In this document: positions 9,001-18,126 of the stretch, one piece after another
Position numbering within the stretch: the stretch's first letter is position 1
Layout of the letters: every line of letters starts with the position of its first letter
Assembly: GCA_030646755.1 (NCBI GenBank)
Contig: JAUSKU010000092.1
Coordinates: 14,270-78,269 of the forward strand
Direction: 5' to 3'
Source of the DNA: Deltaproteobacteria bacterium
GTDB lineage: Bacteria > Desulfobacterota > JAENJC01
Length of the DNA stretch: 64,000 bases
The notes under the pieces: generated by a model
What the model was told of the DNA's origin: nothing
The model's input: the letters and a program-made list of their open reading frames with translations, nothing else
Databases searched by the model: none
Translations under genes and position numbers: made by a program

Positions 9001-9145
9001 TAGATTTATCTCGCAAAGGCGCAAAGGCCGCAAAGTGTTTTTTGACACTGATTCACACTGATTTTAACATGATTTTCACTGTGCAAATCATAAGGAATCT
9101 GTGGTTATCTGTGTCTAATGCTTCCTCTGCGTCTCAGCGGTAAAT
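9001..9145. repeat. intergenic element of about 130 bp (TTGACACTGATT ... ATCTGTG ... CTCTGCG..CAGCGGTAAAT), copy A
   Basis: It is homologous to 40182-40310, sharing tttgacactgatt, aaatcata, atctgtgt and ctctgcg..ctgcggtaaaa. Related CTCTGTG/CACAGAG arrays lie at 39141-39190 and 56478-56560. Confidence 0.65.
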
Positions 9146-10228
9146 TTAATCTTTTTTCAGCTTAATCAAAAACAGGGACATAATTAAAATCAATGGTCCC
9201 GAAAATAGCGCAGGTATAGGGACTGACATTGATTCCATTGCAACCGCAATCCCTGCCGGTGAGGCAACCCATCCAACTACTGCCATTCCAGCGCCTATCT
9301 TGAATCCGGTGCCTATCCTGGAATCCACAGAAAACCAGACAATCAGCATAAGGATACCATAAAAAGAGACCGCAGTGTTATAGAAAACAGTTGATATAAG
9401 GCCTGTAAAAAAGCCTATGGGAAATAAGATAAGCAAGGCAAGAGATAAGGCAAATGCCGATAATGTGAACAAGAATATGGTCCTTTCCATCCTCCTGTCC
9501 CATAAAAGACCGGCAAATATGGCTGATACCGCATGGACGACGCCGTTCCAGAACCATCGCCCTTCCCATGTATGCCTGTAAAGCTCCTCCCTCTTGATCT
9601 CCAGGTGAAAAACAAAGGAATCAATTGCTACGAGAGCTGCAAGAAATAAGACAATTTTCAGGTATCCGCCGTGAAACTCACACGGGTCAGCGGATGGATG
9701 GATATCGGCCTTAGAGGACAAGCAGAGGGAGCCTATTATGACGGTAACGATCCCGTTTATCAGGGCAATCCGCTCAGGCATGGTTATAAAACCACCCATA
9801 AGATTGGCTGCAAGATATACCACGGCCATGATCCATCCTGCGGCGGTTCCACGCTTTTTGGCAGGCCAGGCCTCTACAACCCTTACAACAAGGACGCCAT
9901 TGATTCCCATCAGAAGGCCGATAGCAATGAAGAACGGAGTCAGAAGCCTGTGGTCATAAATAGTAATGGAATAGACAGCGGCAAATCCCTGGAGAATAGA
10001 TAAAAAGCAGGCTAGATTAAAGACCTTTCTCAAGGAAATTGAATATCTATCCAGAAGATACCCTGTCAAAATAGAGAGCGATGCGCCTGTAAGGGCCATA
10101 AGCCCAAGAGGGAGTCCCAGGGATTCTATGGATAGACCGAACCTTTTTTCAACCATACCGAGGAGGCTGAATTGAACAAAGGTTATATAGAAAATGAAGT
10201 TTGCAGAAATGAGGGAGGCGAGGGGCAT
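9146..10228 (-). CDS. polytopic membrane protein, MFS-like transporter
   Basis: The ORF is 360 aa with about 10-12 hydrophobic segments. No specific motif was recognised. Confidence 0.5.
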   Translation of the reverse strand: MPLASLISANFIFYITFVQFSLLGMVEKRFGLSIESLGLPLGLMALTGASLSILTGYLLDRYSISLRKVFNLACFLSILQGFAAVYSITIYDHRLLTPFFIAIGLLMGINGVLVVRVVEAWPAKKRGTAAGWIMAVVYLAANLMGGFITMPERIALINGIVTVIIGSLCLSSKADIHPSADPCEFHGGYLKIVLFLAALVAIDSFVFHLEIKREELYRHTWEGRWFWNGVVHAVSAIFAGLLWDRRMERTIFLFTLSAFALSLALLILFPIGFFTGLISTVFYNTAVSFYGILMLIVWFSVDSRIGTGFKIGAGMAVVGWVASPAGIAVAMESMSVPIPALFSGPLILIMSLFLIKLKKD

Positions 10229-11148
10229 CAGTTAAGTCCAGTCCATATTCCATAGATAAACCCTGCCGAAAGTATTATCCAGGTCAGCACGAATGTCTGT
10301 ATGGTCCCAGCTGAGGATGCTGTCATTGTGGGAATATCCTGAGGGGATACGGAAAGCCTTGTTACAATTCCATTTACCTTCGGTATGAGGAGGAGAGAAA
10401 TGGCAGATATCGCAGGAAGGATATGAAGCGCAAGGCCGATAAGTATGAGGCCGAAAGCAGAATATAATATCGCCCGGTACAGGACCACCCCTCTTTCAAG
10501 TCCCAATATAACTACGAGATTCCTCTTACCAGTCTCTTTATCAGCCTCAAAGTCAGGAAATTCGTTTACAGTAATGATCGCTGAGGAGAATAAGCCGATG
10601 ATTATCGATACAAACAGCGCGTCGAGAGTAAAGGTACGGGCCTGGCTGTAGTATGCGGTCATAAGGATGAAGGGACCGAAGTTCAGCCCTATGAATAACT
10701 CGCCCAGCCCCCGATATGCAAACTTGAACGGTGGTGCGGAATAAAAATATCCCGAAAAAGCGCCTGTAATGGCAAGGAGCAGTATAGTAAACCCTGAGAT
10801 ATATGCCAGGATGCAAAGGGGTATGAAGCCGATTGCAAAGGATGCTATGGCAACATTTCTTATGGCAACGGGGCTCAAAAGGCCTTCAATGATGACCCTC
10901 GTCCCGCCGCTGAAAGGGGTCTGAACCTTGTTTATGACATCGGTTTTAAAGATATAGTCGTAGTAATCGTTTATAAGGTTCGTCCCTATGTGGAAGGCCC
11001 AAATGCCTGAAATGGCAAGGATGAAATTTGTGAATGAAAAGGGATGGCCGCTTCGCAGGGCCAAAAGCAGACCTGTTGATGCCGGGATGAAACTGACGAT
11101 GAAGAATGCCCTGTAAAAACCTATGGCCCTGAGCCAGGACTCAATCAT
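10228..11148 (-). CDS. UbiA family prenyltransferase
   Basis: The ORF is a 306-aa membrane protein with the Asp-rich NDYYDYIFK motif typical of UbiA prenyltransferases. Confidence 0.7.
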   Translation of the reverse strand: MIESWLRAIGFYRAFFIVSFIPASTGLLLALRSGHPFSFTNFILAISGIWAFHIGTNLINDYYDYIFKTDVINKVQTPFSGGTRVIIEGLLSPVAIRNVAIASFAIGFIPLCILAYISGFTILLLAITGAFSGYFYSAPPFKFAYRGLGELFIGLNFGPFILMTAYYSQARTFTLDALFVSIIIGLFSSAIITVNEFPDFEADKETGKRNLVVILGLERGVVLYRAILYSAFGLILIGLALHILPAISAISLLLIPKVNGIVTRLSVSPQDIPTMTASSAGTIQTFVLTWIILSAGFIYGIWTGLN

Positions 11149-12707
11149 TAGAATCTCAACCTGAACTCGCCAACCAGATTTGCCGCATCCCCCGCACCCT
11201 TTCCAAAGTAATCACCGGTAACAAAGAGATGACCTCCGTAGAGGGAGAAGTTCACGTCCGGTGTGAAGTAATATTCAACTAAGCCGTCCAGTTCGAAGCC
11301 AATGTCGGATGAGTCTGTAACAGGATTTGGTTCGCTGGCCTTCAGGTATGCACCTCCGAAATAGAAGCGGTGCCTTGGAAGGCCTGTGTAGTCCCAGGAA
11401 AGCATGGCAAATGTAGTGTTCTCAAGGCCTCCTGTACCAAAGCTGTAATATCCTTTATTTGTGCCTATTGGATGCGGGCCTGGTTTTATATTCAGCATAC
11501 CGGGAACACCGGCACCCGGAGAAAGGTATTCATATACCTCCATATACTTTCCGATATATCTTTCAGTATATCCCTCACCGGTTCCAAAGTTGTTGTCAGG
11601 TGCAAAGAACCCTTCATAGTCAGTGGTCTCAGGATCATCTCCACTCCCGTAACCTGTAGAAAGGGCGATCCTGCTTGTCTCTGACATCTTGTAATCAACC
11701 TTTCCAAATAGGGCTAATCCCTTTATCTCTATATCCTCCTTTGCGGGGTTACTCGCATAGACATTCCCCCAGACATAAGAGCCTTCCAGCTTCGCCGTCA
11801 CTCTTTCATATTGCTTCTCTAACGCCACACCAAGGGCAGCCATATAACTCTCCTGCCCTTCGTAGTCTACCTGTGTAAATCCGGGCAGCAGATAAAGCGG
11901 TGAAAAATCGTTAAGGTCACCGGGCGCCTCGGAGATATGCATCTTGTTCAGCAGACCGAATAACTCCACCTCCAATGGGGTCTTTCTTTTCACATAGGCA
12001 ATATATGTGTCCTCATCATCATTGAGGGGTGAGCTCATCTCGGCATTCTCACCTTCCCACTGCCTTGTGTGCATTATTCCGATTTCATACTTTTCTCCCG
12101 GATAATAGAACCTGAAGCCGTCATGCCGGTTCCCAAACAGCAGGCCGTTCCCGATCTGCATATCCTGCCTTCCTATCCTGCCGCGCAAGCGAGACGGGTA
12201 AAGGCCTATGTCCATATAAAGCTGCTTGAACTCTACCTCCACGCTGTCGAACTTGTTTACAGTATCGCTATTCTGTCCCTCAAATATTGGAGATTGGTTC
12301 CCCCATACGGCATCCTCTATTTCCATGTCTACTATGAGCCTTGCCATAGAGTAAAAATCTGTCTCAGTATTTAACTGGAGCCGGTGGTCCCACCAGCCGT
12401 AATCATGACTTGTGGTCGATCCCTTCTCATAGGCCTTCAGAAGCTTTCCCCCCGTGTTTGTATAGTTGTTGGCGGTATTCACCTGGATCTGGGCCCTGTT
12501 CCTGTACTCTCCGCTTATCCTGAACCTTGAAACAGCCTCGTTGGCCGTCTCATTCTCCTTCTCTTTAAGCCTTTCGTTAAGCTCAGCAACCTGCTTTTCA
12601 AGGGAATCGAGCCTCTCCTCGAGATAGCTATCTTCCGCCATAGAAGCGCAAGGCGTCAGCATGATAAAAAAAATTAAAAACAGTATCTCAATCGTTGCCA
12701 TGATCAT
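11148..12707 (-). CDS. outer-membrane beta-barrel protein (porin or export-channel-like) with an N-terminal coiled coil
   Basis: The ORF is 519 aa. It has a signal peptide (MIMATIEILFLIFFIMLTPCASMA), an EERLDSLEKQVAELNERLKE coiled coil and a C-terminal aromatic residue (…RLRF), which is a hallmark of outer-membrane proteins. Confidence 0.55.
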   Translation of the reverse strand: MIMATIEILFLIFFIMLTPCASMAEDSYLEERLDSLEKQVAELNERLKEKENETANEAVSRFRISGEYRNRAQIQVNTANNYTNTGGKLLKAYEKGSTTSHDYGWWDHRLQLNTETDFYSMARLIVDMEIEDAVWGNQSPIFEGQNSDTVNKFDSVEVEFKQLYMDIGLYPSRLRGRIGRQDMQIGNGLLFGNRHDGFRFYYPGEKYEIGIMHTRQWEGENAEMSSPLNDDEDTYIAYVKRKTPLEVELFGLLNKMHISEAPGDLNDFSPLYLLPGFTQVDYEGQESYMAALGVALEKQYERVTAKLEGSYVWGNVYASNPAKEDIEIKGLALFGKVDYKMSETSRIALSTGYGSGDDPETTDYEGFFAPDNNFGTGEGYTERYIGKYMEVYEYLSPGAGVPGMLNIKPGPHPIGTNKGYYSFGTGGLENTTFAMLSWDYTGLPRHRFYFGGAYLKASEPNPVTDSSDIGFELDGLVEYYFTPDVNFSLYGGHLFVTGDYFGKGAGDAANLVGEFRLRF

Positions 12708-12715
12708 TCCTTAAG

Positions 12716-13201
12716 TCATCGAGAACAAGACGTAAGGTTTAAGAACCTTTCGTACTTTTCCCCGTTTGCAGTAACCTCTATCTCCCTCTCAGTCTCACCT
12801 ATTCTGTTAATGGTGATCCTCAGGCATTCAGCAGGTATCGCCTCTTCGACATTTGATGCCCATTCCAGGGCGGAAACGCCATCGCCATATAGATATTCCC
12901 TGTATCCAATCTCTTCCAATTCATCAAGGTCTGAGAGCCTATAAAGATCGAAGTGATAAAGGGGAATTCTTCCTTCGTGGACGTTCAGGATTGTAAAGGT
13001 GGGGCTCCTGACGTAAGATTCCTTAGATACTTCAAGCCCCTGTGCAAGCCCCTGAATCAGACAGGTCTTCCCAGCCCCCAGATCACCGTCAAGGGCTATG
13101 ACGTCTCCAGGTTGGCAAAGTCTGCCTATTTTGATCCCCAGCTTCCGGGTCTCTTCAGGACAATGACTGACCACTGACCACCGACCACTGACCACTGTCA
13201 T
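12716..13201 (-). CDS. tsaE: tRNA threonylcarbamoyladenosine biosynthesis protein TsaE
   Basis: GDVIALDGDLGAGKTCLIQGLAQGL carries the Walker A motif in TsaE/YjeE context. The annotated N-terminus runs through the GACCACT heptamer array, so the true start may be the internal GTG. Confidence 0.8.
   Translation of the reverse strand: MTVVSGRWSVVSHCPEETRKLGIKIGRLCQPGDVIALDGDLGAGKTCLIQGLAQGLEVSKESYVRSPTFTILNVHEGRIPLYHFDLYRLSDLDELEEIGYREYLYGDGVSALEWASNVEEAIPAECLRITINRIGETEREIEVTANGEKYERFLNLTSCSR
13168..13196. repeat. (GACCACT)n heptamer tandem array, site 1
   Basis: The sequence is gaccactgaccaccgaccactgaccactg. It sits at the 5' end of tsaE and the 3' end of the CBS gene. Confidence 0.9.
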
Positions 13202-13653
13202 CCCTTCGCTGATGCACGAACCACGTCTGCCTTGCCTATGATCCCGACCAGTTTATCTCCATCGACAACCGGTATGGTATAAACCTTCTTTTCTGACATT
13301 ATCGTGGCTATCTCACGAACAGGGGTATCAGAGGTAACAGTTATCGGGTCTTCGGTGTAGATGTCCTCTACCTTAGCCCCTGTCATCTTTTTCAGCTCCT
13401 TCTCAAAGTGTTTTTCGCTTTCGAGAAATATCACTGAGTCAAGAATAGTAAAGACCGTTGGGAGGTGAAGGGACTTGGACTGCTCCACCAGGTCGCTTTC
13501 CGTAACCACTCCTATGACCTTTCCAGAATTATCAACGACTGGGACACCGCTTATCCCGCTCATTGTAAATATTTCAGCCAGCTCAGAAACATTTGTTTCT
13601 TTCTTAACGGTTATTACATCCTTTGTCATTATATCTTTTGCTGTAAGCATCAT
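13198..13653 (-). CDS. CBS domain pair protein
   Basis: The ORF is 151 aa. MMLTAKDIMTKDVITV...GISGVPVVDNSGKVIGVVTESDL contains two CBS motifs. GGAG precedes the ATG at 13653, and the ORF-track extension to 13743 is a heptamer-repeat artefact. Confidence 0.75.
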   Translation of the reverse strand: MMLTAKDIMTKDVITVKKETNVSELAEIFTMSGISGVPVVDNSGKVIGVVTESDLVEQSKSLHLPTVFTILDSVIFLESEKHFEKELKKMTGAKVEDIYTEDPITVTSDTPVREIATIMSEKKVYTIPVVDGDKLVGIIGKADVVRASAKG

Positions 13654-13685
13654 CTGACTCCTTTTAGTGACCGGTGGCCAGTGGC

Positions 13686-13774
13686 CGGTGGTCAGTTGAA
13701 CTATTGATTTAATTGCAATTGCCGACCACTGATCACTGACCACTGACCACTGACTTTATTGCATAAGGTATCTT
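13686..13774. repeat. inverted pair of heptamer arrays: (AGTGRCC)n ... 27 bp ... (GACCACT)n, site 2
   Basis: The left array is agtgaccggtggccagtggccggtggtcagt and the right is gaccactgatcactgaccactgaccactgac. It lies between the CBS gene and nnr. Confidence 0.9.
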
Positions 13775-15274
13775 CTCTATCAGATCCGTTGCCATTATAC
13801 CATACTCGCCCTTTTCTTCCCTTACCATGTCCCCCGCAACTCCGTGAAGGTAAACCGATGCAATGGCTGCTTGTTCAGGGTTGAATCCCTGGGCGAGGAG
13901 TCCCCCTATCATGCCTGTAAGCGCATCTCCGGTTCCGGCTGTGGCCATCCCAGGATTCCCTGTGGTATTTATGAAGACCCTGCCTTCAGGCACCGCAATT
14001 ACCGTATGGGCCCCCTTTAATACGACAAAGACATTGTTCTCTTCGGCAAATGCCTTGGCTGTCCCTACCCTGTCAGCCTGGACATCCATGGAGGAGATGC
14101 CGAGCAGTCTTCCCATTTCCCCCGGATGGGGTGTTATAACTCTTGGCCCTTTGGCGTCTTTCAATATGCCCGGGTTGGCAATTATGGCATCTATCCCGCC
14201 TGCATCTATTACAACGGGCTGATAGAGCTCCTTGATAAGTCCTGCCATGACTTTAACGGCAGCGGAAGTTGGCTCAATCCCTGAGCCAAGGGCAACTGCA
14301 TTTTTATCTTCCGAAAGAGCGAGTATCTCTCCCAGGGCGTTTTCACCTATGGACCATTTCTCGGCCTCGGAAAGAGCTTCAGTCATAACCTCCGTTAATT
14401 TCACCTCGTAAATCGGCTGAAGGTTCTTGGGTGCCGCCAGTGTTACAAGACCTGCTCCGGACCTGAGGGCGGATGTACAGGCCATGGCGGCAGCCCCGGT
14501 TTTCCCCTTGCTTCCCGCAACTACAAGAAGGTGGCCGAATATCCCCTTGTGCGTATCTTTCGGTCTTTCAGGGAATAGCGGTGTGATATCCACTTTTTCT
14601 ATGATCCCGGTCTTAATACCCTCTCCCGAAACAAGGGCTTCCGGGAACCCTATATCTATAACCTCTATCTTGCCAGCGTAGTCACTTCCAGGGAAGAGAT
14701 ACAGGCCTACTTTGGGGATCCCGAAGGTTATGGTAAGCTCGGCCCTTATAGCAGCGCCCATTATCTGGCCTGTGTTCGGATCAATGCCTGACGGGATGTC
14801 CGCGGCAACGACCTTTTTATTTAAGGCGTTTACACCATCGATGACGGCCTTCAACCGTCCTGAGACACCTGAAATAAGCCCGGTCCCCAAGATCGCATCC
14901 ACTATTATATCTGCCTTTGCCGCGCCGGAAACGGTTTTCCTGAAGTCCTCCTCTTCAGATATCTCGAACAGCTTCCCCTTGAATTTATCAAGGTTTACCT
15001 TGGCATTACCATTGATCTCGTCTTTGCGGCACAGCAGGAAAACAACGACATTTGCCTTACCTGAAAGGTACCTGGCCGCAACAAGGCCATCTCCTCCGTT
15101 GTTCCCTTTACCGCAGAAGATGGCAATCCTTTTCGCATCAGGATAGTGCTTCTGGATAACCTTTGCCAGCCCCTTCCCTGCATTTTCCATGAGGTCAAGG
15201 GTTGGTGTCCCGAAGACCTCTGCGGCCGTCCTGTCAATCTCCTTCATCTCAGATGCTGTGACTAATGGTAGCAA
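13733..15274 (-). CDS. nnr: bifunctional NAD(P)H-hydrate repair enzyme Nnr (epimerase/dehydratase)
   Basis: The ORF is 513 aa. The N-terminal half is YjeF-N-like (GKGNNGGDGLV) and the C-terminal half is a carbohydrate-kinase-like dehydratase (GPGMATAGTGD). Confidence 0.85.
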   Translation of the reverse strand: MLPLVTASEMKEIDRTAAEVFGTPTLDLMENAGKGLAKVIQKHYPDAKRIAIFCGKGNNGGDGLVAARYLSGKANVVVFLLCRKDEINGNAKVNLDKFKGKLFEISEEEDFRKTVSGAAKADIIVDAILGTGLISGVSGRLKAVIDGVNALNKKVVAADIPSGIDPNTGQIMGAAIRAELTITFGIPKVGLYLFPGSDYAGKIEVIDIGFPEALVSGEGIKTGIIEKVDITPLFPERPKDTHKGIFGHLLVVAGSKGKTGAAAMACTSALRSGAGLVTLAAPKNLQPIYEVKLTEVMTEALSEAEKWSIGENALGEILALSEDKNAVALGSGIEPTSAAVKVMAGLIKELYQPVVIDAGGIDAIIANPGILKDAKGPRVITPHPGEMGRLLGISSMDVQADRVGTAKAFAEENNVFVVLKGAHTVIAVPEGRVFINTTGNPGMATAGTGDALTGMIGGLLAQGFNPEQAAIASVYLHGVAGDMVREEKGEYGIMATDLIEKIPYAIKSVVSGQ

Positions 15275-15372
15275 AAAAACCTCCGACTCATTTAGTCTTT
15301 GGAGCCTGTATTTATTAACATTTTGCTGACCTGCTTTTACAAAAAAAAACGCATCTGATTGCGCCCTCGCCC

Positions 15373-18063
15373 TTATTTTTTATTATCCCTTATCGCCGCC
15401 TGCGCTGCGGAAAGCCTTGCAATAGGCACCCTGAAAGGAGAACAGGATACATAATCAAGCCCGTTCTTATGGCAGAATTCAACGGATGCAGGGTCACCTC
15501 CGTGCTCGCCACATAGACCAAGCTTGAGCTTAGGCCGTGTTGCTCTCCCCTTCTCAACTGCCATCTTTATAAGGAAACCTACCCCGTCCTGGTCCAGGGA
15601 CTGGAAAGGGTCGGCCTTGAATACTCCGGCCTTTTTCTCATCCACGTAATCGGGGAGGAACCTTCCGGCGTCATCCCTCGACATCCCAAGGGTCATCTGC
15701 GTCAGGTCGTTGGTGCCGAAGGAAAAGAACTCCGCAACCTCTGCTATCCTGTCGGCAAGCAAAGCCGCCCTGGGAACCTCAATCATTGTGCCAACGAGGT
15801 ATTCAACCTTTACGCCCTTCTCGGCCATGACGGCATCGGCCACCTCTCTTGTCTTTGTCTCAAGTATCTTGAGTTCCTTTTTATCTATGACGAGTGGATG
15901 CATTATCTCAGGAAATACCTTCCCCCCGTTGGCTTGGCATTCACAGGCAGCCTCCATTATTGCCCGAACCTGCATCTCCAGTATCTCAGGATAGCTTATG
16001 GCGAGCCTGCATCCTCTGTGCCCCAGCATGGGGTTGGCCTCATGAAGTCTCTCGACCCTGCGCCTTACGAGTTCATAAGGGACATCAATCTTTCTGGCAA
16101 GTTGCTTCTGACCACCCTCATCCTGGGGAACAAATTCGTGAAGAGGAGGGTCAATAAGCCTGATGGTAACGGGCTTCCCGTCCATGGCCTTGAATATCCC
16201 TTTAAAATCCTCTCTCTGAAAGGGTAGTATCTTCTCAAGGGCAATAATCCGTTGCTCGAGAGTATCCGCAATTATCATCTCCTGTATGGCAAGGCGGCGT
16301 TCCTCGGTCTCAAAGAACATATGCTCCGTGCGGCAGAGACCTATGCCCTCGGCACCAAGTCTCACTCCATTTTGGGCGTCATGAGGGGTGTCGGCATTGG
16401 TCCTGACTCTAAGCTTCCTCACTTCATCGGCCCATTTCATGATGGCATAATAGGCCTCAGGAAGTTCGGGCTTTATAAGGCTAAGGGATGTCATGTATAT
16501 ATCGCCGGTTGAACCGTTTATAGTTATCTCATCCCCTTCGACCAGGGTCTTGCTCCCTATAACCATGGTCTTATTATTGTAGTCTACAGAAAGGGCCTCG
16601 CACCCGACAATGCAGCACTTTCCCCATCCTCTGGCAACGACAGCGGCATGAGATGTCTTCCCTCCTGTGGCTGTCAATATCCCCTGTGCCGCGTGCATAC
16701 CTCCAACGTCTTCAGGACTGGTCTCCTTGCGGACAAGTATGACCTTCTTCCCTTTTGCAGACCATTCCTCCGCGTCCTTGGCAGTGAACACTATCTTCCC
16801 CGCCGCTGCCCCCGGAACCGCATCAATTCCACTGGCAAGGTACTTTTCCTCCAGCTCACCCTGGGATATCTTAGAATCTATGACAGGGTAGAATAGCCCC
16901 TCTATCTCCTTGTCAGTCATGCGAAGAAGTGCTTCTTCCTTTGTTATGAGCCCCTCATTTACCATATCAACCGCTATCTTGAACGCAGCTAGAGGAGAAC
17001 GCTTGCCTGAACGGCACTGGAGGATGTAGAGTTTTTCCTCTTCCACTGTAAACTCTATGTCCTGCATGTCTTTGTAGTGTTTTTCCAGGTTCAGACGCAC
17101 ATCGCAGAGCTGCTCATAGACCTTAGGCAGCTGTACATTGAGTTCGCTCAGGTGTATAGGGGTCCTGATACCTGCAACCACGTCCTCGCCCTGGGCGTTC
17201 ATCAAAAGGTCGCCGTAAAAGGTATTCTCCCCCGTATTGGGGTCTCGGGTAAAACAGACGCCGGTACCGGATGTCTCACCCTTGTTTCCAAAGACCATCT
17301 GAACAACGTTCACGGCTGTACCGTGGAGACCGCTTATTTTTTCTATCTCCCTGTACGTTACGGCCTTATCCGCCATCCAAGAGCCGAATACAGCATTTAT
17401 TGCCCCCCACATCTGCTCTACAGGCTCCTGCGGGAAATCTTCTCCGGTATGTTTCTTATAGACACCCTTTAGCAGGGGGATCAACTGTTCAAGTTCGGCC
17501 TCATTTACATCGGTGTCGAGGACCTTCTGATTCTTGGGTATGTTGAGCCTCGCCCTTGTCTTATTCTCTTTTATCTCTTCAAACTTATGCTCGAACTCAT
17601 CCTTTTTAACCCCCATGGCAATGGAGCCGTACATGACAATAAAACGCCGGTATGCATCGAGAGCAAACCGGCGGTTACTTGTCTTCTTTGCAAGGCCTTC
17701 AACAGACTTGTCGTTAAGTCCAAGGTTTAGAATAGTCTCCATCATCCCCGGCATGGAGCGGGCAGCCCCTGAACGTACTGAGACCAGCAGTGGGTCATTG
17801 GCATCGCCAAGCCTCTTTCCAACAAGGGCTTCAAGCCTGTCGAGGTGCTCTTTTACCTCTTTATCAAGGCCGTTGGGGTAGCTCCGGTTGTTCTTGTAAA
17901 ACTGATCGCAGACCTCAGTGGTTATGGTAAAACCCGCGGGCACGGGCAACCCCAAGTTTGTCATCTCTGCAAGGCCTGCGCCCTTACCGCCAAGAAGGTC
18001 CTTCGCGTCTCCCCTGCCTTCGGCCTTTCCACCCCCGAAGAAATAGACATACTTCTGAGCCAT
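15373..18063 (-). CDS. ppdK: pyruvate, phosphate dikinase
   Basis: The ORF is 896 aa. It begins MAQKYVYFFGGGKAEG...GGKGAGLAEM and carries the PEP-utilising His motif GGKTSHAAVVARGWGK. A GGAGG ribosome-binding site precedes the ATG at 18063. Confidence 0.9.
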   Translation of the reverse strand: MAQKYVYFFGGGKAEGRGDAKDLLGGKGAGLAEMTNLGLPVPAGFTITTEVCDQFYKNNRSYPNGLDKEVKEHLDRLEALVGKRLGDANDPLLVSVRSGAARSMPGMMETILNLGLNDKSVEGLAKKTSNRRFALDAYRRFIVMYGSIAMGVKKDEFEHKFEEIKENKTRARLNIPKNQKVLDTDVNEAELEQLIPLLKGVYKKHTGEDFPQEPVEQMWGAINAVFGSWMADKAVTYREIEKISGLHGTAVNVVQMVFGNKGETSGTGVCFTRDPNTGENTFYGDLLMNAQGEDVVAGIRTPIHLSELNVQLPKVYEQLCDVRLNLEKHYKDMQDIEFTVEEEKLYILQCRSGKRSPLAAFKIAVDMVNEGLITKEEALLRMTDKEIEGLFYPVIDSKISQGELEEKYLASGIDAVPGAAAGKIVFTAKDAEEWSAKGKKVILVRKETSPEDVGGMHAAQGILTATGGKTSHAAVVARGWGKCCIVGCEALSVDYNNKTMVIGSKTLVEGDEITINGSTGDIYMTSLSLIKPELPEAYYAIMKWADEVRKLRVRTNADTPHDAQNGVRLGAEGIGLCRTEHMFFETEERRLAIQEMIIADTLEQRIIALEKILPFQREDFKGIFKAMDGKPVTIRLIDPPLHEFVPQDEGGQKQLARKIDVPYELVRRRVERLHEANPMLGHRGCRLAISYPEILEMQVRAIMEAACECQANGGKVFPEIMHPLVIDKKELKILETKTREVADAVMAEKGVKVEYLVGTMIEVPRAALLADRIAEVAEFFSFGTNDLTQMTLGMSRDDAGRFLPDYVDEKKAGVFKADPFQSLDQDGVGFLIKMAVEKGRATRPKLKLGLCGEHGGDPASVEFCHKNGLDYVSCSPFRVPIARLSAAQAAIRDNKK

Positions 18064-18087
18064 TAGAAAACCTCCTGAAATTTTATT

Positions 18088-18126
18088 AGTGGCCGGTTTA
18101 AGGGACCACTGATCACTGACCACTGG
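18088..18126. repeat. heptamer array, site 3 (partial inverted copy then direct copies)
   Basis: The sequence is agtggccggtttaagggaccactgatcactgaccactgg. It lies between ppdK and glyS. Confidence 0.85.

Noticed and set aside
13653-13743. N-terminal extensions MVSDQWS..., MTVVSGRWSVVS... and MMKTVVGGQWSVVS... on the CBS, ppdK, tsaE and lipoprotein ORFs
   Set aside because: They are encoded entirely by GACCACT heptamer arrays. Internal ATG codons with good ribosome-binding sites (13653, 18063) give proteins that match family N-termini.
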